Positions 55,092 to 63,879 of a stretch of DNA of 64,000 bases are shown here, in pieces. The notes under the pieces are model-generated. The model saw nothing but the letters and a program-made list of their open reading frames with translations. It was not told the DNA's origin and ran no database searches. Position numbers and translations under genes: made by a program. How positions within the stretch are numbered: the stretch's first letter is position 1; each line of letters begins with the position of its first letter. The stretch comes from an uncultured Acidobacteriaceae bacterium. Its GTDB lineage: Bacteria > Acidobacteriota > Terriglobia > Terriglobales > Acidobacteriaceae. Where the stretch lies: positions 277,865-341,864 of the forward strand of contig CAWBJV010000006.1 in assembly GCA_963789205.1 (NCBI GenBank), written 5' to 3'.

Positions 55092-57143
55092 ATGTCAGAA
55101 ACAAGGGTCGGACTCGAGGGAGTTGCCTCGCCGGAAAGCGACCGGTACCGGCTGCTCCTCGAGGTCACCGACCGGGTAGCGCGAACCCAGAGCCTGCCCG
55201 AAGCATTAAGAGAACTCGCTCCCCCGGTGCTGGCCCTCACAGGAGGCGAGCTGCTGAACCTATCCCTTTACGACTCGCGCCAGGATTGTATGCTGACGCA
55301 CTATTGGAAAAAGAACCAGGAGAGTGGTGAGTTCGGCGCTTTCCCGGTGGACGAGGTGGCGACCGGGTGGGCATGGAAACATCAGAAACCGATCGCCATT
55401 CACGACACCGAGCGCGAGCAGCGCTTTCCGGGCTTCGTGCCCCTGTTACTCGATCACGGCATCCGATCATACACCGTCCTTCCGATCAGCAGCCCTTCAC
55501 GTCATTTTGGAGCGCTTGGCCTGGGCAAGAGCGTGCCCGAGGTCCTGAATGGCGAGGACTTCGAGTTCCTCGCTCGCATCGCGTTGATGGGAGCGCTGGC
55601 GCTGGAGAAGGAGAAGGCCTACCACGCCCTTGAGGAACAACAGAGCCTGGTTGCGATCAGCCGGGAACTGAGTTCCAGCCTGGAGTTGGAAAAGCTGTTG
55701 CCGGCCATTCTTTCGAGCCTTCGGAGCATCGCGCGCTACGAGCGGACGATTCTGTGCTTGCTGGATGAGGACGGCAAGAGCGTGCACCGCTATGGAGATG
55801 CTCTGGAATGGGAGCCCTTCGTCAACCACGGAAGTACGGTCCCGCTTGAGCAATCACTCTCAGCGAGGGCGATCCAGAGGCGAAACGTCGCGTTTCTCAC
55901 AGCCGCCAACTTACACGAGATGAACGAACCCCTGGCGAAAGCCATGTATGAAGGCGGGGTTCGGTCGGTTTGCAGTGTGCCCCTGATCGCGGGGAATCAG
56001 ATCTGGGGAGCCCTGAATCCGAGCAGCATGATCGAGAATGCCTTCGGCCCGACGGAGATTGAATATCTGCAGCAAGTAGCCAATCAGATCGCCGCTGCCC
56101 TCCAGAATGCGCATGCCTATCGCGAGATCGCACAACTCAAGGAACGCCTTGCCCAGGAAAAGCGCTATTTGGAGTACGAAATCCGGAGCGCGAACCGGCC
56201 CGACGATATCGTCGGCAACAGCCCTGCCTTGAAACGTGTGCTGGACTATGCCGCCATCGTCGCCGACACCGATTCCACCGTCCTCATCACCGGTGAAACC
56301 GGGACCGGCAAAGAACGCATTGCTCGCTTGATTCATGGCATGAGCCGCCGCCGGGACCGCAACTTCATCAAGTTGAACTGCGCTGCCATTCCCACCGGAC
56401 TGTTGGAAAGCGAGCTGTTCGGTCACGAAAAAGGAGCGTTTACCGGAGCGGTAAGCCAGAAGCTCGGCCGGCTGGAATTGGCAGACAAGGGTACTTTGTT
56501 GCTCGACGAGATTGGAGACATTCCTTTGGAGTTGCAACCCAAGTTGCTGCGCGTTCTGCAGGATCAGGAGTTCGAGCGGCTGGGGGGCACGAAGACGATC
56601 CGGGTGGATGTGCGGCTGATCGCCGCTACCAATCGCGATCTGGTGCGTGCCGTCGAAGAAAGAGAATTCCGCGGTGACTTGTTCTACCGCTTGCACGTGT
56701 TTCCCCTGCATCTGCCGTCGTTGCGCGAACGGCGCGAGGACATACCCTTGTTCATTCGCCATTTCGTTGAAAAATGCGCAGTCCGGCTACACAAGCGGAT
56801 CGATATCATCCCCGATGAGGCCGTGGAAGCCATGATGCGATGGCATTGGCCGGGAAACATCCGCGAGCTGGAGAATTTTGTCGAGCGCTCCGTGATCCTG
56901 TCGGAAAGCAACCGTTTGAGCGCCCCGCTCGGGGAATTGCGCGAGGAAATGTCACGGCAGCTCTCCGATGCCGACGGTACCCTGCGCGACAAAGAACGCG
57001 AACACATCGTCGAAATTCTGCGCCAGACCCGGGGTGCCCTGTCGGGCCCGTCAGGCGCGGCGGCCCGCCTTGGACTCAAGCGCACCACGCTGCAATACAA
57101 GATGCAGAGGCTGGGTATCTCGCGCACGGACTATCTGAACTAG
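55092..57143 (+). CDS. Sigma-54-dependent transcriptional activator (two GAF domains, AAA+, Fis-type HTH)
   Basis: '[10 protein letters not shown]' Walker A, '[15 protein letters not shown]' (GAFTGA loop), 'LLLDEIGD', '[11 protein letters not shown]', C-terminal HTH '[21 protein letters not shown]'. About 330 aa of GAF-like sensor lie upstream. ATG 55092 is chosen. Confidence 0.9.
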   Translation: MSETRVGLEGVASPESDRYRLLLEVTDRVARTQSLPEALRELAPPVLALTGGELLNLSLYDSRQDCMLTHYWKKNQESGEFGAFPVDEVATGWAWKHQKPIAIHDTEREQRFPGFVPLLLDHGIRSYTVLPISSPSRHFGALGLGKSVPEVLNGEDFEFLARIALMGALALEKEKAYHALEEQQSLVAISRELSSSLELEKLLPAILSSLRSIARYERTILCLLDEDGKSVHRYGDALEWEPFVNHGSTVPLEQSLSARAIQRRNVAFLTAANLHEMNEPLAKAMYEGGVRSVCSVPLIAGNQIWGALNPSSMIENAFGPTEIEYLQQVANQIAAALQNAHAYREIAQLKERLAQEKRYLEYEIRSANRPDDIVGNSPALKRVLDYAAIVADTDSTVLITGETGTGKERIARLIHGMSRRRDRNFIKLNCAAIPTGLLESELFGHEKGAFTGAVSQKLGRLELADKGTLLLDEIGDIPLELQPKLLRVLQDQEFERLGGTKTIRVDVRLIAATNRDLVRAVEEREFRGDLFYRLHVFPLHLPSLRERREDIPLFIRHFVEKCAVRLHKRIDIIPDEAVEAMMRWHWPGNIRELENFVERSVILSESNRLSAPLGELREEMSRQLSDADGTLRDKEREHIVEILRQTRGALSGPSGAAARLGLKRTTLQYKMQRLGISRTDYLN

Positions 57144-57247
57144 GAATCGGCGGCAGAAATCGTTGGACAAGAACCACCAAACTAAGAACCAAATACCAGA
57201 ATCACATACCCAGGACTATCCGGAAGCCGAGACTAAGAGAGTCGCGC

Positions 57248-57265
57248 CTGCCGAAATATCGGCAG
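57248..57265. promoter_or_regulatory. Perfect 18-bp palindrome, a candidate enhancer (UAS) for the sigma-54 activator
   Basis: CTGCCGA-AATA-TCGGCAG. It lies about 95-110 bp upstream of the candidate -24/-12 element. Confidence 0.35.
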
Positions 57266-57357
57266 CCAGCCAGTCCTACGGCATCTTCTTTGGCGGGCTG
57301 CTTGTTCAATCCCATTTTAGGCATTGCAGTTACAGCCACTTAGTCATATCCAGTCTG

Positions 57358-57373
57358 TGGCAGATGGCGTGCT
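57358..57373 (+). promoter_or_regulatory. Candidate sigma-54 (-24/-12) promoter upstream of the Crp/Fnr gene
   Basis: TGGCAG-ATGGC-GTGCT, compared with consensus TGGCAC-N5-TTGCW. The GG and GC have the correct 10-nt separation. It is about 85 nt before ATG 57458 (RBS AGGAGG). Confidence 0.45.
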
Positions 57374-57457
57374 CTATTCGTTCCACGTGGCGCATTCCCG
57401 TTTCCCCCGCGGCGGACGATTCCACCAGCACAGATTCGTCAACAAGCAGGAGGATCT

Positions 57458-58168
57458 ATGGGTGCACCTCGGCGCTTCGCGATTCCGAACGACTGTCTAA
57501 GCTGCACCCTTAGGCAGACTTGTGACTTCTGCAATCTGCCGCAGCCGCTGATGAGTGAGTTCAATGCGATGGGACACCTGACCTTGTATCCCGCGAATGC
57601 CACTTTGCTGACGGAGGGTCAAATCCCTCGCGGTGTTTACATCGCCTGTTCCGGCCGCTCCAAGCTCTCAGTGGAAGCCCGCGATGGCAAGACGATCATC
57701 CTGAAAATTGCCGGAGACCGCCAGGTGCTGGGGCTAAGCGCGGTGGTTTCCGGGGGGCCGTCGCTGATTACGGTTACCACGATCGAGCTTTGCCAGATCA
57801 AGTTCGTCGAACGCGACAGCTTCCTGCGTCTGATCGAACACGACAGCCACGCCGCGCTCGCGTGCGCCAGCCTGCTCGCCCGCGAGGTCACGCACTCGTT
57901 CGACGATGTGTACGAGCTGCTGCTCGCCCGAAGTTCGACGGAGAAGCTCGCACGCCTGCTGCTTTCCTGGGTCTCGGACGAGCCCCGGAATCGTGAACTT
58001 CGCGTATCCACGGAATTCACGCATGAAGAAATTGCCCAAATGATTGGATCGTCGCGAGAAACGGTAACCCGCTTATTGAGTGATATGAAACGGAAGGACT
58101 TGATTCGGCTTGAGGGTGCGACGCTGGTAATTCCCAACCGCATCGCCTTGCAAGCTATTGCGGCATGA
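57458..58168 (+). CDS. Crp/Fnr-family transcriptional regulator with an N-terminal four-Cys motif
   Basis: cNMP-binding-like beta-roll 'GQIPRGVYIACSGRSKLSVEARDGKTIILKI' and C-terminal HTH 'THEEIAQMIGSSRETVTRLLSDMK'. N-terminal 'CLSCTLRQTCDFC' is C-x2-C-x5-C-x2-C. Confidence 0.85.
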   Translation: MGAPRRFAIPNDCLSCTLRQTCDFCNLPQPLMSEFNAMGHLTLYPANATLLTEGQIPRGVYIACSGRSKLSVEARDGKTIILKIAGDRQVLGLSAVVSGGPSLITVTTIELCQIKFVERDSFLRLIEHDSHAALACASLLAREVTHSFDDVYELLLARSSTEKLARLLLSWVSDEPRNRELRVSTEFTHEEIAQMIGSSRETVTRLLSDMKRKDLIRLEGATLVIPNRIALQAIAA

Positions 58169-58181
58169 GAGTTCCCTCCCC

Positions 58182-58219
58182 GGGCGGACGAAGCAGTCTC
58201 CTCGTCCGCCCATTTTTTT
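58182..58219 (+). terminator. Intrinsic terminator of the Crp/Fnr gene
   Basis: GGGCGGACGA (58182-58191), 10-nt loop, TCGTCCGCCC (58202-58211), then A+TTTTTTT (to 58219). Confidence 0.75.
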
Positions 58220-58225
58220 AGTTCC

Positions 58226-58309
58226 CAGTTCTCAGTTCTCAGTGAGAAACGCTGGGATCAGTGGCCGGGGACTGGGAAAACGATGGGCAGTTACTGAGAG
58301 CTGAGAACT
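58226..58309. repeat. CAGTTCT-heptamer inverted repeat element (same family as 17739-17799)
   Basis: CAGTTCTCAGTTCTCAG (58226-58242) and CTGAGAGCTGAGAACT (58294-58309) are inverted copies about 50 nt apart. The element abuts the LytTR gene stop. Confidence 0.6.
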
Positions 58310-58311
58310 CT

Positions 58312-59142
58312 CTACAGGTTGAACAATTCCCGCAGGCGGCGGGTCTGGGCGCGGCTCACCGGAATCTCCGTCTGTTTCTTATCGTCCATGCGCAACTGGT
58401 AGGAGCTTTTGAACCAGGGCACGACTTCACGGATGTGATTGATGTTGACCAGAAAAGATCGGTGCGCCCGCCAAAACAAATTGGGGTCGAGATTGTCGAA
58501 AAGTTCTTCCAGCGTTCGGCAGTTCGAGTGGCCTTCCATGCCCGCATGGCCGCTGGTGGCCACGGTGATCACACCATCTTCGATGGTCGCGTAGCAAATA
58601 TCCTTCGGATCGGCCAGGAATAACCTTCCCGCCGCTTTGATGAGAATCTTCGCCGTCTGCGGCTTCTGCGATTCCAACATCCGCATCAGCGTTTCGAGTT
58701 TTTCTTCCGGCCCGGCGCCCGCTTCAATCTTTGCCCGTGCTCTCTCGATGGACTGGGCCACTCGCTTTTTATCGAACGGCTTCAGGATGTAATCAACCGC
58801 GTTCACCTCGAACGCCTTCACCGCGTATTGATCGAAGGCAGTCGCGAAAATAATCTTGGGGAGAGGAACCTTGCGGTCGAGCAGCTTCTTGATGACGCCG
58901 AAACCGTCCAGGCCCGGCATCTGGACGTCGAGAAACACCAGGTCAGGGTTGTGTTCGCGGATTAGGCTGATCGCTTCCAGGCCGTTCTTGCCCTGCGCAA
59001 CCACATTTACGTCGTCCAGGTTCTTGAGCAGGTAGGCCAGTTCGTCGCGCGCCAGTTGTTCGTCGTCCACGATCACCGCGGAAAGGGGCATGGGGGTTCG
59101 AGCCGAGCTGGTGGAACCCGCAGTTGCGGCGGCGATTGCCAT
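58312..59142 (-). CDS. LytTR-family response regulator (REC + LytTR), with no adjacent histidine kinase
   Basis: REC 'AVIVDDEQLARDELAYLL...DLVFLDVQMPGLDGF' and LytTR 'HRSFLVNINHIREV'. ATG 59142 (AAGGA upstream) is chosen. The longer ORF-track start at 59334 has no support. Confidence 0.8.
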   Translation of the reverse strand: MAIAAATAGSTSSARTPMPLSAVIVDDEQLARDELAYLLKNLDDVNVVAQGKNGLEAISLIREHNPDLVFLDVQMPGLDGFGVIKKLLDRKVPLPKIIFATAFDQYAVKAFEVNAVDYILKPFDKKRVAQSIERARAKIEAGAGPEEKLETLMRMLESQKPQTAKILIKAAGRLFLADPKDICYATIEDGVITVATSGHAGMEGHSNCRTLEELFDNLDPNLFWRAHRSFLVNINHIREVVPWFKSSYQLRMDDKKQTEIPVSRAQTRRLRELFNL

Positions 59143-59301
59143 ATCCTTAACCTTGAGTATAGCTACCGCAGTGGGCAGGCCGCCAGTCTCAATGATGAAC
59201 AGTAAGGAACGAGAATCGGTCAGGGACCCAAGCTGGGGTTGTCCAAACGTACTGAGCCGCGGCGACGGCGTTGCCCCTGATAACGGCGTTACCAGAAGCC
59301 T

Positions 59302-59323
59302 GGGGGCTGCCAGGACAGCCCCC
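59302..59323 (-). terminator. GC hairpin just downstream of the Kelch-repeat gene
   Basis: GGGGGCTG-CCAGGA-CAGCCCCC, 10 nt past the stop. There is no T-run, so confidence is low. Confidence 0.35.
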
Positions 59324-59333
59324 TCCAGTCTCA

Positions 59334-60455
59334 CTAGTAGACTGGCAACCCATTGGCGTGAGTCAGCACGACCACGCTGTTGGACCAGCCAATACCGCCT
59401 TGTCCGTTTTGTATTATGCCGCCTACGATGGTCATCCGGTTTGAGGCTGGATCGTAAACCGCTGTGTGGCCAAAGACCGGAAGCGAATATCCACTCAAGG
59501 TGCCCATCCCTTCCATGCTTATTGACGGCTGGCTGGCATTCTTCAGCAGCCAGATCAAATTCTGGTAACCCGAGTTTGGATCATATCCGCCAAAAATGGT
59601 CATACGATCGTGGACCGCATCGTAAACCGCGGTGTGGCCGTATAACACAGGACCCGAATTGCCACCCGACCAAGTGCTGGGCGATCCCAAGCCGTTGGCG
59701 TTGGACAAGACCTGAATGTCCTGCAGGGCGTTGTTATTGGAGTCGTACCCACCGGAGATGATCATTTTGTTGGTCGAGGCGTTATAGACGGCGGTGTGGC
59801 CGGCTCTTGCCGTGGGAGCGGCGCCGGTAATCGTGAGCAAGCTCCATGCCGGCGTTCCGCCATTTCCAGTCGCATGGTTCAGCAACCAGACGTCATTAAA
59901 GACCACGCCTGTATCCCCTGAGCCACCGGCGAAGACGATCATGATGTCATGGGCTTCGTCGTAAACCGCTGTGTGTGCAAAACGCGAAGCGGGTGCCGTT
60001 CCCGTGGGACTGAGTTGCGTCCACGAAGGAGAACCGGTAACACCATTGGCGTTGTTCAGCACCCAAACATCATTGTAAGTAGGATTAGCGAATCCGCCGG
60101 CACCGCCGAACACAATCATTTTGTTCAAGGTGTGATTGTAAACAGCCGAGTGACAGCACCGGGTTGATGGCCCGTTGCCGGTGATGTTGGCCTGGATCCA
60201 CGATACAGACGTGGAGGTTGAATTGGCGTTGGTCAGATACCAGACATCGCTGAGGTGCTCTACCTGACTGGTAATGCCGGTAGTGCCACCGAACAAGATC
60301 ATGCGCTTGGAGGTAGGGTCGAACACGGCGCTGTGAGCTTCTCGGCCCAACGGTTCCTTGTCGATGAACACGGGCTGCTGGGCGAAGCCGATGGTAGTCA
60401 GAAGCACGAGCGCGACGATTGGAGCGCCAAACGAGCAAATCCATTTCCGATTCAT
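59334..60455 (-). CDS. Secreted Kelch-repeat beta-propeller protein
   Basis: Signal peptide MNRKWICSFGAPIVALVLLTTIGFAQ. Six repeats of the form 'R..H(S/T)AVYD.....MI(V/I)FGG.......NDVW.L'. Confidence 0.75.
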   Translation of the reverse strand: MNRKWICSFGAPIVALVLLTTIGFAQQPVFIDKEPLGREAHSAVFDPTSKRMILFGGTTGITSQVEHLSDVWYLTNANSTSTSVSWIQANITGNGPSTRCCHSAVYNHTLNKMIVFGGAGGFANPTYNDVWVLNNANGVTGSPSWTQLSPTGTAPASRFAHTAVYDEAHDIMIVFAGGSGDTGVVFNDVWLLNHATGNGGTPAWSLLTITGAAPTARAGHTAVYNASTNKMIISGGYDSNNNALQDIQVLSNANGLGSPSTWSGGNSGPVLYGHTAVYDAVHDRMTIFGGYDPNSGYQNLIWLLKNASQPSISMEGMGTLSGYSLPVFGHTAVYDPASNRMTIVGGIIQNGQGGIGWSNSVVVLTHANGLPVY

Positions 60456-60531
60456 ATTTCACCTCTATCTAGATTTTCAATTTCTGAGCACAAGAATCCC
60501 GTGCCCGCAGGAGGGTATGTCTGCTCAACCC

Positions 60532-60635
60532 AGATAGATTCTCCTTTTCGGGCAGTTTTTCTTGAGCGCCTTTGCATGTGATCGCGAGCCTTGATGTTTA
60601 CTTGTCGCCTTCCGTCCCCACGACCCAAACTCGAT
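60532..60635 (-). promoter_or_regulatory. Conserved ~100-bp leader/promoter module, copy 1 (upstream of the Kelch gene)
   Basis: It aligns over ~100 bp at roughly 80% identity with 62877-62980 (…ctccttntcggg.cagttttt.cttgagcgcc…gatcgc.agccttgatgttt.cttg.cg.ctt.cg.ccccacga…caaactcg). Confidence 0.6.
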
Positions 60636-60730
60636 GAACTCTTTCTCACTTCGGCTGGTACAAATATCCCCGGCCAAGCCACATTTCACGCCTCCTGAAA
60701 TTTGGACCACGCCCAAGCCCCATTGCCTGT

Positions 60731-61696
60731 CTACATTTTCGAAAGTGTGTTGCTGCACTCATCTGCTACCCAGATGTGGGCGCCGTCAAAGGCCAGGTAG
60801 TAGGGGCAGGATCCTACGGCAAAAGTCCCGATGGTTGAGCCATTGGTCGCTTTCAGCTTAGTCACATTGGCGCTGCCATCATTTGCCACCCAGATGTTGG
60901 CCCCATCAAAGGCCACGCCGAAGGGGTTACTTCCCACGGTAAAGGTGCCGAGGACCGTCCCATCGCTTGCCCGCAGCTCGGTCACGTTGTTGCTGCTCTG
61001 ATTTGCCACCCAGATGTTGGCCCCGTCAAAGGCCACGCCTAGAGGATTGGTTCCCACGGTAAAGGTGCCGAGGACCGTCCCATCGCTCGCCCGCAGCTTG
61101 GTGATATTGTTACTGCCCTGATTTGCCACCCAGACGTTGGCCCCGTCATAGGCCACGCCTGTGGGGTTGGTTCCCACAGTAAAGGTGCCGACGAGCGAGC
61201 CATCGCTCGCGTGCAGCTTGGTCACGTTGTTGCTGCCAATATTCGTCACCCAGACGTTGGCCCCGTCATAGGCCACGGCGACTGGGTTGGCCCCCACGGT
61301 AAAGGTGCCGAGGAGCGCTCCATCACTTGCCCGGAGCTTGGTCACGCTGTTGTCCAAATAATTCGCCACCCAGATGTTCGCCCCATCAAAGGCCACGCCT
61401 AGAGGATTGGTCCCCACGCTAAAGGTGCCGAGGAGCGTTCCATCGCTGGCCCGCAGCTTATCCACGGTCTTGTCTGCACTATTCACCACCCAGATGCTCG
61501 CTCCATCGAAGGCCACGCCGACAGGCGTATTTCCCACGGCAATTTGCGTCGTCCGGTTAGCGTTATACCAGTGCAGGGTGCCGATTTGGAGTGGGTTCTT
61601 GGTCGAACTGACCACGCCACTCTGCGCCATGATGGACACCGACAACAACGACAGGGCAAAAACACTAAGGAATACTAAACGAATGGATTTCGACAT
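60731..61696 (-). CDS. Secreted seven-bladed beta-propeller protein (NHL/YVTN-like 40-aa repeats), paralogue 1
   Basis: Signal peptide MSKSIRLVFLSVFALSLLSVSIMAQS. Seven repeats 'NP.GVAFDGANIWVAN..SNNVTKLRASDGT.LGTFTVG', encoded by units of exactly 120 bp. Confidence 0.8.
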   Translation of the reverse strand: MSKSIRLVFLSVFALSLLSVSIMAQSGVVSSTKNPLQIGTLHWYNANRTTQIAVGNTPVGVAFDGASIWVVNSADKTVDKLRASDGTLLGTFSVGTNPLGVAFDGANIWVANYLDNSVTKLRASDGALLGTFTVGANPVAVAYDGANVWVTNIGSNNVTKLHASDGSLVGTFTVGTNPTGVAYDGANVWVANQGSNNITKLRASDGTVLGTFTVGTNPLGVAFDGANIWVANQSSNNVTELRASDGTVLGTFTVGSNPFGVAFDGANIWVANDGSANVTKLKATNGSTIGTFAVGSCPYYLAFDGAHIWVADECSNTLSKM

Positions 61697-61907
61697 AACG
61701 CACCTCCTGTGCGAGCTGAATTGGGACCGGATGCTTAGTGACTTGCGTTCCTTCCGGTGATACTCAATCGGTTCTTAATGCCACTGCTATTTGACAGCGA
61801 CTCGTTGATACCGGCCTGCGCACAGCTAGCGGCTCAGGGTAAAACGTCTGCCAATGGCGCAAAATGGGCCTCGGCTTCCACAGTATCGACAGCCGCTACG
61901 AACAGAA

Positions 61908-62879
61908 CTATAGTTTCGAGATGGTGCCTGGGTAGGCGGGCAGCTGATTTGCCACCCAGATGTTAGCCCCATCAAAAGCCACACCCCTGGGGTTAGTTCC
62001 CGCGGCAAAGGTTCCGAGATTCGCTCCGTTGCTCGCCTGTAGCTTGGTAACGTTGGCGCTGCCGACATTCCCCACCCAGATGTTGGCCCCGTCAAATGCC
62101 AGAAGGTAGGGGGTAGTTCCCGCGGCAAAGGTTCCGAGGGTCGACCCGCTCAAGTTGAGCTTGGTGACGTTGTTGCTGCTGCTGTTTGCCACCCAAAGGT
62201 TGGTCCCGTCGAACGCGATTCCTTGGGGAGCGCTTCCCACGCCAAAAGTTCCAAGGTTACTACCGGATAAGCTCAGTTTGGTCACGTTGTTGCCGCCACT
62301 ATTCGTCACCCACATATGTGTTCCATCGAAGGCCAAATATACGGGGCTGGTCCCCACCCCAAAGGTGCCGAGGGTTGTCCCGTTGCTGGCCTGCAGCTTG
62401 GTCACGGTGTTGCTGCCACTGTTCGCCACCCAGATGTTGGTCCCATCAAAGGCTACGCCAACGGGCGAAGTTCCAACGGCAAAGGTGCCGAGGTTCACAC
62501 CGTCGCTGGCTCGCAACTTGGTTATAGTGTTGTCGAGCTGATTCGACACCCACATGTTTCCCCCATCAAAGGCTATGCCCAGGGGCTGCTTCCCCCCCGT
62601 TGGAAAAGTGCCCAGGAGGGTGCCGTCGCTGGCCCGAAATTTCTGCGCGGTGTTGCTTGTGGTCGCCGCGGCATTCGTGACCCAGATGCTGGACCCATCA
62701 AAGGCCAGGCCAAAGGGGTAGCCTTGCGCCGTGAATTGTGTCGGCACTTCGTTCGCGGCATACCAGTGCAGAATGGCGACTTGTAGTGGGTTCTTGGTGG
62801 AGATTACGACTCCGCTCGCTGCTAACAGGCCAAGAGCCGCGGACAGCAGTACAGCTAACATCAAAAGTTTCCGTTTCAT
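61908..62879 (-). CDS. Secreted seven-bladed beta-propeller protein, paralogue 2
   Basis: ATG 62879 gives MKRKLLMLAVLLSAALGLLAA, preceded by GAAGGAG. It has the same 'G(I/V)AFDG.N(I/M)WV(A/T)N...N.VTKL' repeats. The longer ORF-track start 62975 lies in the conserved leader. Confidence 0.8.
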   Translation of the reverse strand: MKRKLLMLAVLLSAALGLLAASGVVISTKNPLQVAILHWYAANEVPTQFTAQGYPFGLAFDGSSIWVTNAAATTSNTAQKFRASDGTLLGTFPTGGKQPLGIAFDGGNMWVSNQLDNTITKLRASDGVNLGTFAVGTSPVGVAFDGTNIWVANSGSNTVTKLQASNGTTLGTFGVGTSPVYLAFDGTHMWVTNSGGNNVTKLSLSGSNLGTFGVGSAPQGIAFDGTNLWVANSSSNNVTKLNLSGSTLGTFAAGTTPYLLAFDGANIWVGNVGSANVTKLQASNGANLGTFAAGTNPRGVAFDGANIWVANQLPAYPGTISKL

Positions 62880-62980
62880 AGATGCTCCTTCTCGGGTCAG
62901 TTTTTTTCTTGAGCGCCGCTGTAGAGATCGCAAGCCTTGATGTTTCCTTGCCGTCTTTCGGCCCCCACGATTCAAACTCG
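62877..62980 (-). promoter_or_regulatory. Conserved ~100-bp leader/promoter module, copy 2 (directly upstream of paralogue 2)
   Basis: See 60532-60635. In this copy the module ends in the RBS and ATG. In copy 1 the ATG is lost (ATCTATCTG) and the next gene starts about 80 nt further on. Confidence 0.6.
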
Positions 62981-63300
62981 GCCTCTATCTAACTAACGCG
63001 AAGAAACCACGGAAAAAGGTCCAATTTTCTTTGGTCGAGTCCGCAGGCAGTTCGGTCCTTCCGCACCCGCAAGCTCCAAGCATGCCAAAACAAAGGCGTA
63101 AACCCCCTTTTCTTTTGCATTCGACTGGATATATACTTCCGCCCGTAGAGATCGCGGTCTTTCGGGGTGAGTTGGAATGGTCGCGAGCTCCTATCCTCCC
63201 TCCCTTTAATCTTTTTTCTATACTTACCAAGTTCAAGTGATCGCGATGCACGGTGCCCATTTTCACCGCGGTGGTTCCCGTCATCGCCTACAAGGCTGTT

Positions 63301-63879
63301 ATGGATGCGCCAAGAGATGTACCCACTCTCCCGAGTGGACTCGATATCGGCGACGACAAAGCAGTGGCCGAGTTGGTCGTGCTGCTCTACTCGGAACTGC
63401 GGAGTCTCGCGTCTCACTACTTGCAGCGGGAGCGCGGTGAGCACACCTTGCAGACAACCGCCCTGGTGCATGAGGCCTATCTGCGCTTAGCCAATCAAAG
63501 AGAAGTTCATTGGAAGAACAAGGAGCAGTTCATGGGCGTCGCGGCGCAACTTATGCGCCGCATCCTGGTTGACCACAGCCGTGGCCATGACGCCAAAAAA
63601 CGCGGCGGAGGCGTCGAGAAAGTTTTTTTGGAAGAAGCCGCCGGCGTTTCCAAAGGCAAGGCGGCGGACGTCATTGCATTGGATGAAGCTCTGACTCGGC
63701 TCGCCGAATTCGATCCGCAGCAGGCCCAACTTGTGGAGTTGCGATTTTTCGGCGGTCTAAGCATTGAAGAGTCGGCCGGAGTTCTCGGAGTTTCCCGCAC
63801 GACGCTTAAGCGTAACTGGAACCTGGCAAAAGCGTGGCTTGCGCGTGAACTGCGCAAAGGCGACCCGAAACATGCCTGA
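63301..63879 (+). CDS. ECF-type sigma-70 family sigma factor (kinase-associated type)
   Basis: 'LYSELRSLASHYLQRERGEHTLQTTALVHEAYLRL' (region 2) and 'VELRFFGGLSIEESAGVLGVSRTTLKRNWNLAKAWL' (region 4). ATG 63301 is chosen within ORF 63253..63879. Confidence 0.8.
   Translation: MDAPRDVPTLPSGLDIGDDKAVAELVVLLYSELRSLASHYLQRERGEHTLQTTALVHEAYLRLANQREVHWKNKEQFMGVAAQLMRRILVDHSRGHDAKKRGGGVEKVFLEEAAGVSKGKAADVIALDEALTRLAEFDPQQAQLVELRFFGGLSIEESAGVLGVSRTTLKRNWNLAKAWLARELRKGDPKHA

Noticed and set aside
54343-55104. 253-aa minus-strand ORF spanning the XRE/activator spacer as a single protein gene
   Set aside because: Its composition is implausible, it has no motifs, and it stitches together modules B and A. 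It overlaps both neighbouring gene starts. Only the module-A portion shows coding-like conservation, which is reported separately.
60761-62800. Regular ~120-bp repeats as a possible CRISPR-like array
   Set aside because: The units are contiguous with no unique spacers, lie in one long ORF and encode 40-aa propeller blades. No cas genes are present.
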